Shown in pieces: positions 29,259 to 45,826 of a stretch of DNA of 64,000 nucleotides (position 1 is its first letter; each line of letters opens with the position of its first letter). The DNA comes from Octopus vulgaris. Its lineage: Eukaryota. Both the position numbers and the translations under genes were made by a program. The notes beneath the pieces were generated by a model. The model saw only the letters and a list, made by a program, of their open reading frames with translations, was not told the origin of the DNA and searched no databases. The stretch lies in contig OX597837.1 of the NCBI GenBank assembly GCA_951406725.2, positions 18,662,001 to 18,726,000 of the forward strand. Direction: 5' to 3'.

Positions 29259-29261
<3 letters not shown>
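26500..29261 (+). mobile_element. 5'-truncated CR1/L2-group LINE inserted in (TA)n
   Basis: EN-RT ORF, short 3' UTR with stem-loop, (AATC)n tail at 29242-29261; (TA)n on both flanks. Confidence 0.93.
26522..29173 (+). CDS. LINE ORF2 (partial APE endonuclease plus complete reverse transcriptase), N-terminally truncated
   Basis: 883 codons without a stop; YRPP, GDFNLP, PTRAGNTLDL, SDHN (EN); GPDG, NYRPISL, QHGFR, YLDFAKAFDKVDH, SGVPQGTVLGPLLF, YADD (RT). Confidence 0.92.
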   Translation: MCATYRPPDAPSHVGKFEDCLIKIEEILTTLEQHIGVLLMGDFNLPNVRWPEGLSLPGMTRCERGQARSLLNLINTLYMEQVILQPTRAGNTLDLCFTNDMDLIHNVKVTPTLLSDHNMIELTMYGPKESTDMQPTRNPQNLSSLNYHKANWKQIEKEILKQNWPECLSSPDIDVKLQQFMSVMQAICYKCVPERKATVHKNKIPRERKILMRRRTKFSNRLNKQIESSEKSRLKIKLLEIEKCLQLSHEKERADKEAWAIENIKSNPRAFYRYAKETATVHCRIGPLLEKDGTLTGKPMRVSEILNEQFKSVFTPPLGHLQITNPTDFFTTADIKSEAATIDYIDIKEDDVTKAIDEMKTDSATGPDGFPAILLKACKRVLARPLQFLFQSFLAAGKLPGKLKEGKICPIHKGGSRAEAKNYRPISLTSHISKVMERIVRRKLITFLEENDLLPDTQHGFRPGRSCLTQLLQHYDWVLKRLLNHSNVEVIYLDFAKAFDKVDHGMICHKLRDLNIVGKLGEWLHDFLKDRSQVVVANGATSINTQIVSGVPQGTVLGPLLFIMALSDMPSATQRATITSYADDTKVSQAIQNPEDTKHLQCELDEIYKWAEKNSMQFNAGKFQALYYQHAKLNAIPNEYTGPGGIAIPEAQSVRDLGIHMSDDATFHVHVAKLTMKCRRLAGWILRTFRTREQETMMVLWKTLVLSHFDYCSQLWSPSSVKLITELEAIQRSYTKKIASMQNVSYWERLKRLKLYSLERRRERYAIIYIWKILEGSVLNFGIESYANARTGRHCVVPRTPNLPSRCRTRFCDSLGFRGPQLFNILPKNLRDLHGVDTDVFKMKLDLFLSGVPDEPTSRQEGQMRAAASNSLMHQIAVARKPP

Positions 29262-29300
<39 letters not shown>

Positions 29301-29313
<13 letters not shown>

Positions 29314-29660
29314 GCATGTATGTATTTATACATGACAATATTTCCAATATTCCTGAAATAATTATTGCTCAACATACCGTATTGAGTTCACGTCTCTTCT
29401 TATGAGTAGGCAGTAAACAAGTTTTTTCATTTACACATACAGACACACTTATCCAATTAACATCTGCGTTTGCGTGTAACACACATACGTACTCATACAA
29501 ACACACATGCACACACATATGTAATACTAAAATAAAGGACATTCTCATGCCGAAAAACCCGGTAATGTTTGAACAGAAAGTAGATAAATCCATCCTTCAA
29601 ACTATCACATAAAGCGATAAAATTTTTCAGTATTGTGAAAATGAAGTTGGAAGGACAGGG

Positions 29661-29720
<60 letters not shown>

Positions 29721-30077
29721 CCCTGTCCTTCCAACTTCATTTTCACAATACTGAAAAATTTTATCGCTTTATGTGATAGTTTGAAGGATGGATTTATCTA
29801 CTTTCTGTTCAAACATTACCGGGTTTTTCGGCATGAGAATGTCCTTTATTTTAGTATTACATATGTGTGTGCATGTGTGTTTGTATGAGTACGTATGTGT
29901 GTTACACACAACGCAGATGTTAATTGATAAGTGTGTCTGTATGTGTAAATGAAAAACTTGTTTACTGCCTACTCATAAGAAGAGACGTGAACTCAATACG
30001 GTATGTTGAGCAATAATTATTTCAGGAATATTGGAAATATTGTCATGTATAAATACATACATGCATACATACATACA
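29301..30077. repeat. Long palindrome centred on (TA)n
   Basis: About 360-bp arms 29301-29663 / 29718-30077 are reverse complements; (TA)n at the centre and on both outer flanks. Confidence 0.92.
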
Positions 30078-30170
<93 letters not shown>

Positions 30171-30802
30171 TATGTGTGTGTGTGTGTGTGAGGTATTCGT
30201 ATCCAGAAACCCAAGATGGCAGGTAAGGCTACGTAAGTGTTACGGGAGGACCGTAGTTAGACTCTTGGTTCAATAATAATACGAGGAGTCTAATGCGGGT
30301 CTTGTGTGAGCATGTATATGTTAAATATATAAGCCTAGTACTTATCCTATCGGCCTCTATTGTCAAACCGCTAAGTTACGGGATTTGCGCTAATAATAAT
30401 GAATAAATAAAAAAATATTTCTCCAGATTCTGGCGACCTCCTCCTTTCTCAATATATATATATATATGTATGTATATGTAAATATATATATATGTTTGTA
30501 TGTATGCATGTATGTATATATACATACATACATTCCTTTATGTGACCTAAAGTAGGTCACTTTAAATAAACCCTCGATTCAATAGCGCTGTGTACAAACT
30601 CTATACTTGGAATGACCAATTTTAAATACTATTGGAATTTACACACAAGGTATTGGAATCTTATATGTATACCATTCTGCCTAAATAAAGGATCTACAAA
30701 TGCAATATCCCTGCATATCTCACATCTATTTTCATTCCTTCACTTCACCCTCTATTTCATATCTTATCTAAATTAACTATTGCTTAACCATTTTCTCACA
30801 CC

Positions 30803-30850
30803 GTCTCTGATTAAGGGATGTAAAAAATATCCCGGAAACAGTTGTAAGAC
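30803..30850 (+). ncRNA. Compact minimal hammerhead motif (core G8 to U)
   Basis: gtct-CTGATTA-agggat..atcccg-GAAACAGTTGTA^agac; the related 3' half recurs at about 32974-33060. Confidence 0.6.
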
Positions 30851-31074
30851 CTTCTATTTATAAATGTTCTAAAATCTTCACAGCCTTGGCTTTTTTTTTA
30901 TCTCATTCTGAAACAAAAATTTGTTTATATATACTCATGCTGTTATATGACCTACGTTGGACTCCTTATTCGCATAATCATCGAGCTTGGAGCTTAACTA
31001 TTGTCTGTCCATAGCACTTACTCAGCATTACCTGACACCTTTGGGACTTATTGACACCGTTACCTCTCATAACC

Positions 31075-31162
<88 letters not shown>

Positions 31163-31350
31163 GCTGAAGGGTTTAAATTAATCTAAGGACATACTAAGTA
31201 TGTCTACTTGCTGGAAATAACAGTCAAGACTCTTATTTAAATCGCCAAAATACACCGATAAGAATTACAGAAATCAACCGTCCGAAGGCAAACGGGCTAT
31301 TATTTTTTCTTGAATTAATTTTCTCGTGAATAATTTGCTCCGTATTGAAA

Positions 31351-31386
<36 letters not shown>

Positions 31387-31619
31387 TGAATACGTTTGGC
31401 CATGAATGTTGGGCAATCATCGTACGAGTACGAGCGCGAATACAAGCTGTCAAAATAGAGTTCTTCCTTAGGATTTTTGGATCTAATGACAGTTGCTTCT
31501 GATAGGACCTTATGAAGGGAGCGTTAGAAGATTCTACAAGCACGACCCTCTCAGGAACATTGGGCGAAGATGGATGGATGGAGGACAAACACACATACAC
31601 ACACACTGACTGTCTTTCT

Positions 31620-32150
31620 TTCTCTCTCCACTGCTGTTAACATAACGGACAACGAGTCTTCTCTAAACATCCCGATTGCTCGCTTTCCTTTTAGCTTCAC
31701 TTGCGCCAACTCCCATCATGTCGTCCTGGAACGTACCACACAAAGTCTTCCTTGGTCTTCCACTCGCTTTTTCTCCATTACGGTGGTAACATGCTTCTCT
31801 TCTAATAACAGAAGCAGATGGTCAGTAAACCGTATCTGCCGCTTAGTCACAACGTCCTGCAAACTTCCCATTGCAGCTCTTCTCGTCTCTTCGTTTCTCA
31901 CTCTGTCCTAGTCAGAAATGCCCAGGATTGAACGTTGGCATCCGTCGATGGAACATGTCCAGAAATTGAGAGATCTTCGCTGTTTTCCTCCAGCTCTCAC
32001 AGGCGTAGATGGTTGTCGGTATAGAGATGAATGAATATAGCTGCAAGATTTATTTTCTTGCTGTTGGTCTTCGGTCTCCATATAGGACGAAGGCGTCGGC
32101 ATACTGACGTTGCTTTACCTATCTCCATACTGACTTCAACTCCTGCATAA
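31620..32150 (-). pseudogene. RTE-clade LINE 3' fragment
   Basis: IYACESWRKT, QRSILGISD and RNEETRRAAMGSLQDVVTKRQIRFTDHLL segments across frameshifts. Confidence 0.7.
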
Positions 32151-33059
32151 CTCTCGTTGAATATGTTTCAACCAAAGATTGCCCCAGGCCATGTCTAATT
32201 TAATAACACTACCTGATATGTTAAGTCATTTTGAAGCCACGTTTTGTAGTATGTTGACGCATTTAAGTAGACAATTGTTGTTGAGTGGGATGTATAGGCT
32301 GAATGCCGTATCGGGTGGCTTATATTTACTTACTCCGGTAGAGAATACTCTCCCCTTGAGGGAGTACTTCAAAACCAAAGTTATTTTTTCTCGGAAAACT
32401 TCAGTAAGGGAACATTTCACCGCCATATAATCCTGACTACCACTGCTACTACAATAATCGTTGTGGTTGTGTCTGCTATTTACCATAGTCATAGTAGGGG
32501 GAGAGTGGTCAGTTACTTGAGCCAGCAACGTAGTTTGGCTGGCAGGCACTATGGAATCCGTTGGAATATAGTTAGCTGCGAAACCACGTTATGGTCTTAT
32601 ATCATTCACGTTTTCGCTTTTGTTTTCAGAGTTGAGAAGGTTAATTTTCGATTTTTAAATAAAGTTACAGTTACTAACCTTCTATCTATGTTCTACAAAT
32701 GTTGCCTGTTGGAGGAGTTGCTTCGCAGTAAAATGATTTAATTCTGGATGCAGATCGTCCCAATATGATTTCAATCGATTCATTTTGACAACAGCGGGGT
32801 TTTGTTTCGCTTTTTCGTAGCAGTTAAATAGATCATTATTCAATTCATAACTCCAAGAGAATTGAGTTTTTTAGTTACGGTTTCTTCTATAACTACAGCT
32901 AGAAAGAATTTGTTTACCTGTTGAGCTGTTTTTTTCGTTCTCTTTTTCGATTGTGTTGTTGTTGATGCTAAATAAACAACTGTAAGGCTATACATCTCTT
33001 TCCTTATAAATGTCCTGAAAACTCCTCACACCCTTGGCTTTGTTATCTCATTTTGTCTA

Positions 33060-33101
<42 letters not shown>

Positions 33102-33361
33102 GATAAGAAAGTGGAGGAAAAATAATAAGAAGTGTGTCTTTTGCGCTAGGAAGCCATTATTTAATTAGTTAAGGTAGGTCGGAGTGAGTTTACGATCGTA
33201 TATATGCAAAAACTGTATTATACCTGCTTCTACGAAGTGAAACCGATCGACTCTACATATTGTAAGTCATTAAATAATCTTTATATGCACAAGCAAGATT
33301 TCTGTGCTTTTCACCTTAAATCTTATTATATTATTATATATGTACATACATACATATATAC

Positions 33362-33404
<43 letters not shown>

Positions 33405-33679
33405 CACACTTACATAGATATGTATATATATATATGTGTGTGCATATATGGGTACAGGACGTCACAAAACGTAAACAACATGAAATACGAAGGCAGACTT
33501 GGGTATGCGAACAATAAGAGAAATAAATGGAAAACAAGACATGTAACATAAAGAACGACCCCTCATCAGTTGTCGGCTGTTCATCTACTCCACATTTCGA
33601 GCAATTAACGACAATATAAGGCTTCGAAAAACAGTTGCATATATACATACATATATGTACGTACTTACATATATATGTA

Positions 33680-33725
<46 letters not shown>

Positions 33726-33757
33726 GTGTGTGTGTGTGTGTGTGTGTATGTAGTGTA

Positions 33758-33828
<71 letters not shown>

Positions 33829-34086
33829 ATATGGGTACAGAACGTCACAAAACGTAAATAACATGAAATACGAAAACGATATATATATTTTATTTATATT
33901 ATCATTTGATTGAACGCCACGCATCCATTTCCAAGCAAGTTTATCGTAATAATTTTGATGTGACTCTACCCTGTACAGTTCTCTCTCTCCCCCTTTAGTT
34001 TTCTCTCTTTTCCTTTCTTTTCCCCCTCTTCCTTTCGTTTTATCTCTCTCTTCCTTTCTCTAATTCTTTTTTTCTCCCCTTCACCG

Positions 34087-34135
<49 letters not shown>

Positions 34136-34399
34136 CCTTCCTCCTTTACTCTATCTCCTTGCTCGCGCGTAACAATCGCGCGCAGAGAGTGAATGTGTGC
34201 TCTTCTTTGCTGTCACGTCTCACAAATGAACCTGGTGACGAGAAATAGGTTTTCTATATATAAAAAAAAGTCAGGCGCCGAAGATAGCGGGTAGGGAAAG
34301 GAGAAACACTGGCAACCTAGGCTAAAGGTCTTCACCCACGTAAGGTGTTGTTTTCTGTTTGGTGGAATATGAACTTTTAAACCCAAACCAAACGACAAC

Positions 34400-34822
34400 A
34401 AAGGAGATCTACTGCAAACAGCTTGAGCGGCTTAAGTTAGCGTTAGAAGAAAAACGACCATCTTTGGGTTGAAGATGAAAGGTGTTTTTCCATGAGGACA
34501 ATGCTCGGCCACATACAGCGAGGATAACATTTCAAAGGCTGGAGCACCATTTTCGCCGGACACTGTCCCATCTGATTATCATTTATTCCGCAGTCTTCAA
34601 AATAATTTGGACGGAAAAAATATGACTTCTGTAGACGAGGTCAGAACAGTACTGAAGGAGTATTTTTCGTCACAGACAGTGAATTTTAGAAGAGGGGCCT
34701 CACAGGTCTACCAGATAGATGGAACAACACTGTAGAAAATTAAGGATTGTGTATTTTAGATTAAAAAAGAACTTTGTTTATCTTAATCCTGAAAAACCGC
34801 TTTATTTATGGGATGACCCTAT
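34400..34822 (+). pseudogene. mariner transposase 3' fragment with TIR
   Basis: YCKQLERL..FHEDNARPHTA..PFSPDTVPSDYHLFRSLQNNLDGK; ends ccgctttatttatgggatgaccc-TA. Confidence 0.85.
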
Positions 34823-34849
34823 ATGTATATATGTATATATATATGTTTA

Positions 34850-36635
<1,786 letters not shown>

Positions 36636-36642
36636 TGTATAC

Positions 36643-36691
<49 letters not shown>

Positions 36692-36727
36692 CATACATAC
36701 ATACATATATATACATATATATATATG

Positions 36728-36790
<63 letters not shown>

Positions 36791-36822
36791 GTATGTATGT
36801 ATGTGTGTGTGTGTGTATGTAT

Positions 36823-36863
36823 AGCCGCAACGTGGGTGTGTGGTAAGAACTTGGTTCTCAACC

Positions 36864-36907
<44 letters not shown>

Positions 36908-37082
36908 TAGATAGATAGATAGATAGATATAGATAGATGGATAGATAGATAGATAGATAGACAGATAGACAGAGGGAAAAGAGACCGATAGAATAAGTAC
37001 TGGGGTCGAGTTGCTCGATTAAAGGTGGTGCTCCAGCATGGCCGCAGTCAAATGACTGAACCAAGTAAAAGAGTAAAAGAGA
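36823..37082 (+). mobile_element. SINE family A, middle replaced by (TA)n(GATA)n
   Basis: Head gtgtgtggtaagaac; tail ggtggtgctccagcatggccgcagtcaaatgactgaaccaagtaaaagag. Confidence 0.75.
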
Positions 37083-37464
37083 GTATGGCTTTAAAAAACA
37101 TAATAAACTAACGAATATCCTAAACTCAGTTATAGTCAATATCTAATTACCAAATTATTTAACAAAATAATCACTATTCATATTTTTTAAATTTAAGTTC
37201 AAATCTAATAATTATAATATATTTAAGAATAATAACTAAATTATTATCAATAAATAAAATAATTAAGATCTAAAATTTACTCTATCAATAAATATATAGA
37301 CATATAAGGAAAACTAAATAAATTAATTAGTCTATTATTACTTACGTAAATATTAGATATTAATATAATATATTTATGAAATATATTAAAAAATTAAAGA
37401 TGAAAAAGCAAATTATAAACGTATAACGTATCTTAAAAGAACCGTACAACTATTTAACGATCTG

Positions 37465-37575
<111 letters not shown>

Positions 37576-37583
37576 ATTATCTA

Positions 37584-37655
<72 letters not shown>

Positions 37656-38160
37656 CTAGCAGTATCGCCCGGCGTTGCTCGGGTTTGTAAGGGAAATAAC
37701 TATATAAGCATTTTTAGAGAGTTATAGCCAAAAAATAGCAAAAAATGCATTAAAAATTGAAAAAAAATTAAGGTAATTTTTTTTTTAAATCGTTGACACA
37801 TCGTAGATATTTTTAGAGAGTTACTTCCCTTATATAATAACGAAAAATATGCATTAAAATGGAAAAATATGATGGTAAATTTTTTTAAAATCGTAGACTC
37901 ATCGTAGACGCGCGCTAATACCCAGAAGGGCTCGATATGAATCACGACTATAAGATACCCGCTTTTGGTTAAACTACACCGCAAAATGTGGGAGTAGTTA
38001 CGAATCTAAATCGTAGGAGACAGACACACAACTTCACTGTTATATATAAAGATATAAGCCACGTAGTTATATACACATACTTTGTTATATACACATTCTT
38101 AAAAGAAAATGTTATTTTGAACACAACATTTACAAAGAATAAAATATTTTTTTGTTTTTC

Positions 38161-38952
38161 TTAACCCTTTCGTTACTATATTTCTGACCAAAATACACCC
38201 CTTATGTGTTTCAATTAATTTCTAACGTAATCATAAATTTAGTCTGATTTCATTAAACAACTATAACTTTTTTATTTATGAATACATTAATCTGATTTTT
38301 GGAAGATAATTTAGTGAAATGTTCTCAACCAATTCTATACTTTAATTTTTGTCACAAAGTGACTCTAATTGCAGGTAGATACAGGTAAATTCAACAATAT
38401 ATAAAATTATTAAAATTTTGTTCAAACATCGCTATAGAAAATGGGTTATTAGCTAATATTCAATTGGGTATACAACAAAATTTTACGATAGAATTTGTTA
38501 TTCTGGGTAACTTTCTAATACCCATAATAATATTTATGGCAAAATAGGCCTTAATTTCATTTAAGGTTGTGGGAAATAACAAACTATCGTTTCTTTCGCT
38601 TTGTTTAGGTTGAGATCAAATACCACATGCTTTTTTTTTTTCAGTCATAGAGTTAGATTTATGAAGGTCTTCAGTAGAAAATCCTTCGAATTCTGACTCG
38701 CTGCTTGATATAATGAAATTCGTATCCATTTTTTGTCAGAATTACAAATTTTGAAAACACAATAGGAACAAATTTCGGAAAAAAATCTCCCATAATTCAC
38801 GTAATTAAAATTACACTTCGATTTTTGTACAAAACTGTAGTTGAACTGTTTACGAAGTATAATACGTGTTTTCACGAATGTTCTAAAGAGATTTACTCTG
38901 ATATTCTCATTTAAATATGAATAGGTAAATTCGGGCGGCTTGGTCACATTAA
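38161..38952. mobile_element. piggyBac-like MITE
   Basis: TTAA-CCCTTTCGTTAC terminus; the opposite end is intact in the inverted partial copy at 45103-45431 with the same TTAA-CCCTTTCGTTAC. Confidence 0.65.
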
Positions 38953-39309
38953 CCAAAATTTTTTTCGGGCTGTTTGGTGCAATTATATATACATATATCT
39001 ATATATAATATTATATAATAAAATATATACAGAGTAAAATAAAAACCAATTTACCTTTTCTGTATTGTTATTCGACCGGCCGTGTGTCTTTGCAAATGTG
39101 TTGGAATGATAAGTGAGTTGTGATTTGGCGCCTTTTTTTACTAATAACAAACACACACGTGTTTGTATGTAGTTGTTTGAAACGTTTTTGTTTGCCACTC
39201 TCATATATGTATGTGTATGCGTGTGTGTGAGGAATGACACACACACACTCACGCACGCACACATGTACATCAATGCTTTTATGAGCGTCATAGAGAGAAA
39301 CAAATATTA

Positions 39310-39453
39310 CATCGCCATCGCCATAGCCATCGCCAATGCCATCGCCATAGCCATCGCCATCGCCATAGCCATCGCCATCGCCATAGCCATCGCCATCGCC
39401 ATAGCCATCGCCATAGCCATCGCCATCGCCATAGCCATCGCCATAGCCATCGC
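39310..39453. repeat. GC-rich hexamer array (ATCGCC/ATAGCC)n
   Basis: Direct reading. Confidence 0.95.
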
Positions 39454-39769
39454 ATTCTATTTTCTACCTGTCAACACACAGTGAATTAGTTTCAGTTTAT
39501 TCATTGCACACTGTGTGTGTGCGTTTGCGTGTGCTGTAAACCAGACTAAGAAAAGCATTTGACACACACACCAGAATGTGATTTTTCTGTAAATTTTGCT
39601 TAATTGGAGTTTAAGTTTTAAAAACTGGACCTGGCATGACGCGATGCATTGTACTCTTAAAAATGCTAGGTAAATTGTAATTGAAGAAATCCTATATTGT
39701 AGATTTGTATAACTCCCAAAGGGAGGCAGATAAAATCTGCCTTTTATAATAAGAGATATTATATATATA

Positions 39770-41632
<1,863 letters not shown>

Positions 41633-41934
41633 AATAATAAAATGACAACAAAAGAACGAGACTTCAATATTAGGTAAATAGACGAATATAAGTATATATT
41701 AAAAAATTAAAATTTTGTAACTTTTAACACCTCTTCTCCATCTTTAATTGTTTGTTGAGTTTCTATAGATTACGTGTTATATAAATGCTCATATCTCGTT
41801 GGCTAAGTAATAACTTACAAATAACGTACAGTTATAATCTAATAATGAAATACATATCTTCAACAACTAAATAATTTAATCCTAAATCTAATTTTTCCCT
41901 GTAAGTTTGGATATACTCCCTAATATTATTATTG

Positions 41935-42063
<129 letters not shown>

Positions 42064-42834
42064 TATTATAAAAGACAGATTTTATCTGCCTCCCTTTGTC
42101 AGATATAGAAATCTACAATATAGGATTTCTTCAATTACAATTTACCTAGCATTTTTAAGAGTAGAATGCATCGGGTCATGCCAGGTCCAGTTTTTAAAAT
42201 TTCAACCCCAATTAAGCAAAATTTACAGAAAACTCACATTGTGGTGTATGAGTCAAATGCTTCTCTTAATGTGGGCTACAGCACTCGCACACACACACAA
42301 AAAGGGAGCGATCTCATTCACTCACGCTATCACTCATTTCTACGACTTTCTCTTTGCAAGTAAAGTGAAACTAATTCGATAAAACGAGAGAAGTGTACTA
42401 AAAAAACAGCAAACAGAAACAAATAAATACATAACGATTTACTCCTCACACAATTTCTTAAATTAGAGTGTACCCATGATTTTTCAGAGTACTTTCAGTG
42501 GGTTATGCCATAAAAAATTTCTTTCAATTTTACCACCAATTAAGACAAAATTCGAGAAAACTCAATATTTTAACATTTCACTCCGAAAGCATTGATGTAC
42601 ATGTGTGCGTGCGTGAGTGTGTGTGTGTCATTCCTCACACACACGCATACACATACATATATGAGAGTGGCAAACACAAACGTTTCAAACAACTACATAC
42701 AAACACGTGTGTGTTTGTTATTAGTAAAAAAGGCGCCAAAACACAACTCACTTATCATTCCAACACATTTGCTATAACAATACAGAAAAGGTAAATTGGT
42801 TTTTATTTTACTCTGTATATATTTTATTATATAA

Positions 42835-44103
42835 CTAGCAGTATCGCCCGGCGTTGCTCGGGTTTGTAAGGAAATAACTATATAAGCATTTTTAGAGAGT
42901 TATAGCCAAAAAATAGCAAAAAATGCATTAAAAATGGAAAAAATATGATGGTAAATTTTTTTAAAAATCGTTGACTCATCGTAGACATTTTTAGAGAGTT
43001 ATTTCCCTTATATAATAGCGAAAAAATGCATTAAAATGGAAAAAAAACGATGGTAATTTTTTTTTTAAATCGTAGACTCATGTAGACGCTTTCTTAGCCA
43101 TTTCTGTTTTGGTGTCTTCAAGCCATGAAGTCGTTGTTCTAAAAGAACGCTGGTCTCCTTGACAACGCATTACGACGTTGATTTCCTTACACTCCCTTCC
43201 CCACAGGTGCAGGTGTGAGCGTGGACGCCAACTCCGCCGCCATCGACACACGAAAAATTATGCATTAAAATGGAATAAAAAATGATGTTAAATTATTTTT
43301 AAAATCGTAGACTCATCGTAGACGCGCGCTAATACTCAGACGGGCTCGATATGAATCACGACTATAAGCTACCCGAATTTGGTTAAACTGCACCGCAAAA
43401 TGTGGGAGTAGTTAGGAATCTAAATCGAAGGGGACAGACACTCACACAACTACAGTTTTATATATATAGATATACATAGCGCAGTAGTGGTGAGATGTGA
43501 CAGCAAAGAAAAGCATACATTCACTCTCTGCATGCAATTAGACTCGGAAAGTTCGTGAGGAACCCATTGACCCAATTTGCTGACTTTTCCGATAGCACAC
43601 AGGTGTCAATGAATGGTTGAATGACCAAATCCAAGCTTCTCTGCTAGTTCCTCAACAGTTACGATGATATTTTGTTCCACCAGGGTTTTCAGGATGTCCT
43701 TGTCGAGTTCTACAGATCTTTCAGGATGAGGCTCGTCTTCTAGGCTGTAGTTTATGGCTCGGAATTTCTGTAACCACCATTGACACTGCCTTACGCTTAT
43801 TGTCAAATCACCATATAATGCATTAATATTTATTGTACTTTCCGTTGCGTTGTTGTCTTTATTGAACTCATAAAGCAAAATATGCCAAATATGCTCCTTT
43901 GTTACTTCCAATATAGCTTTGAAAAAAATAGCTGTTAAAATCGAAATGCACTCTTTAAAACTTGCACTATGAATAAAGACAAGATAAAATTACTACCTGC
44001 TTTTATAGCAAGTTAATATAAGTGGTTTATCCCATTCCCCTCTGACTTTTAGTTCAAGCTGTTGAAAAAACCGCATTATTATATATATACATACATACAT
44101 ACA

Positions 44104-44135
<32 letters not shown>

Positions 44136-45000
44136 CACACACACTCTCTCTCTCACACACATGCACACATTTATATTCTGTTATTCTTTTATATGTTTCA
44201 GCCTTGAGGTTGTGGCCATGCTGGATCATGTGTGTGTGTGTGTGTGTGTGTGTGTCTATCTGTCTGTCTGTCTGTCTGTATGTATATATGTATATGTATG
44301 TGTGTGAACAATAATATTTTCAACAGATGTGTTGCAAATGTATCTGATTGTTCTCAAGCTTCAATACTGTGTGTGTGTGTATGTGTGTGTGTGTATGTAT
44401 GTATGTATATGTATGTATGTATGTATATGTATGTATGTATGTATGTGTGTATGTATGTATGTGTGTGTGTATGTATGTGTGTGTGTGTGTGTATGTATGT
44501 GTGTGTGTGTATGTATGTATGTATGTATGTATGTATGTATGTATGCGTGTATGTTTACTTTATTACTAACACAAGCTACTACGGTTATTTAATGTAAAGT
44601 CCTCCTCAAATCACTCTCTGTCGCGATTTACTCTCTTCCAAGAACATTTTCACTCACTCTTATGTGTTAGCTTCCCATACATTTTACTCATGTATCTATC
44701 AGCGTGATAGAGAGAAACAAATATTACATCTAGTTTCACTTTATTCGTTGCCCACTGTGTGTGTGCGTTTGCGTGTGGTGTAAACCAGACTAAGAAAAGC
44801 ATTTGACACACACACCAGAATGTGAGTTTTCTGTAAATTTTGCTTAATTGGAGTTTAAATTTTAAAAACTGGACCTGGCATGACGCGATGCATTGTACTC
44901 TCAAAAATGCTAGGTAAATTGTAATTGAAGAAATCCTATATTGTAGATTTGTATAACTCCCAAAGGGAGGCAGATAAAATCTGCCTTTTATAATAAGAGA
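42835..45000 (-). mobile_element. Composite Helitron II, copy b
   Basis: Removing it rejoins ..ttattatataA|Tattatatatagatatatg.., which matches the uninterrupted reverse complement of 38979-39040; no TSD. Confidence 0.85.
43500..44080 (-). pseudogene. mariner 5' end and transposase N-terminus captured in a Helitron (deleted copy at 40430-40767)
   Basis: KEHIWHILLYEFNK..QWWLQKFRAINYSLEDEPH..TVEELAEKLG (HTH region); partial TIR ccgcattatt resembles 34797. Confidence 0.85.
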
Positions 45001-45826
45001 TATTATATATAGATATATGTATATATAATTGCAGTATGAAACAGTGTTTATGTATAAACAGACGACACTTATATATAGTTATTAATAAATGTATGCATCC
45101 GTTTAACCCTTTCGTTACCAAACCGCCCGAATTTACCTATTCATATTTAAATGAGAATATCAGAGTAAATCTCTTTAGAACATTCGTGAAAACACGTATT
45201 ATACTTCGTAAAGAGTTCAACTACAGTTTTGTACAAAAATCGAAGTGTAATTTTAATTCCGTGAATTATGGGAGATTTTTTTCAGAAATTTGTTCCTATT
45301 GTGTTTTCAAAATTTGTAATTCTGACAAAAAATGGATACGAATTTCATTATATCAAGCAGCGAGTCAGAATTCGAAGGATTTTCTACTGAAGACCTTCAT
45401 AAATCTAAGTCTATGACTGAAAAAAAAAAGCATCTTTATATAAGAGTGAAGTTGTGTGTCTGTCTCCTACGATTTAGATTCGTAACTACTCCCACATTTT
45501 GCGGTGCAGTTTAACCAAAAGCGTGTATCTTATAGTCGTGATTCATATCGAGCCCTTCTGGGTATTAGCGCGCGTCTACGATGAGTCTACGATTTAAAAA
45601 AATTTACCATCATATTTTTCCATTTTAATGCATTTTTTCGCTTTTATATAAGGGAAGTAACTCTCTAAAAATATCTACGATGTGTCAACGATTTAAAAAA
45701 AAAATTTACCTTAATTTTTTTTCAATTTTTAACGAATTTTTTTGCTATTTTTTGGCTATAACTCTCTAAAAATGCTTATATAGTTATTTCCCTTACAACC
45801 CGAGCAACGCCGGGCGATACTGCTAG

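Larger units (their letters stand above)
37656..39756 (-). mobile_element. Composite non-autonomous Helitron I
   Basis: 5' TCTCTTATTATAAAAGGCAG at 39756, 3' hairpin plus CTAG at 37656; contains short Helitron 37656-38052, a piggyBac-like MITE and (ATCGCC/ATAGCC)n. Confidence 0.7.

Noticed and set aside
32560-32900. Possible R4/Dong N-terminal remnant on minus strand (MNRLKSYWDDLHPELNHFTAKQL)
   Set aside because: Resemblance too weak to call without a profile search
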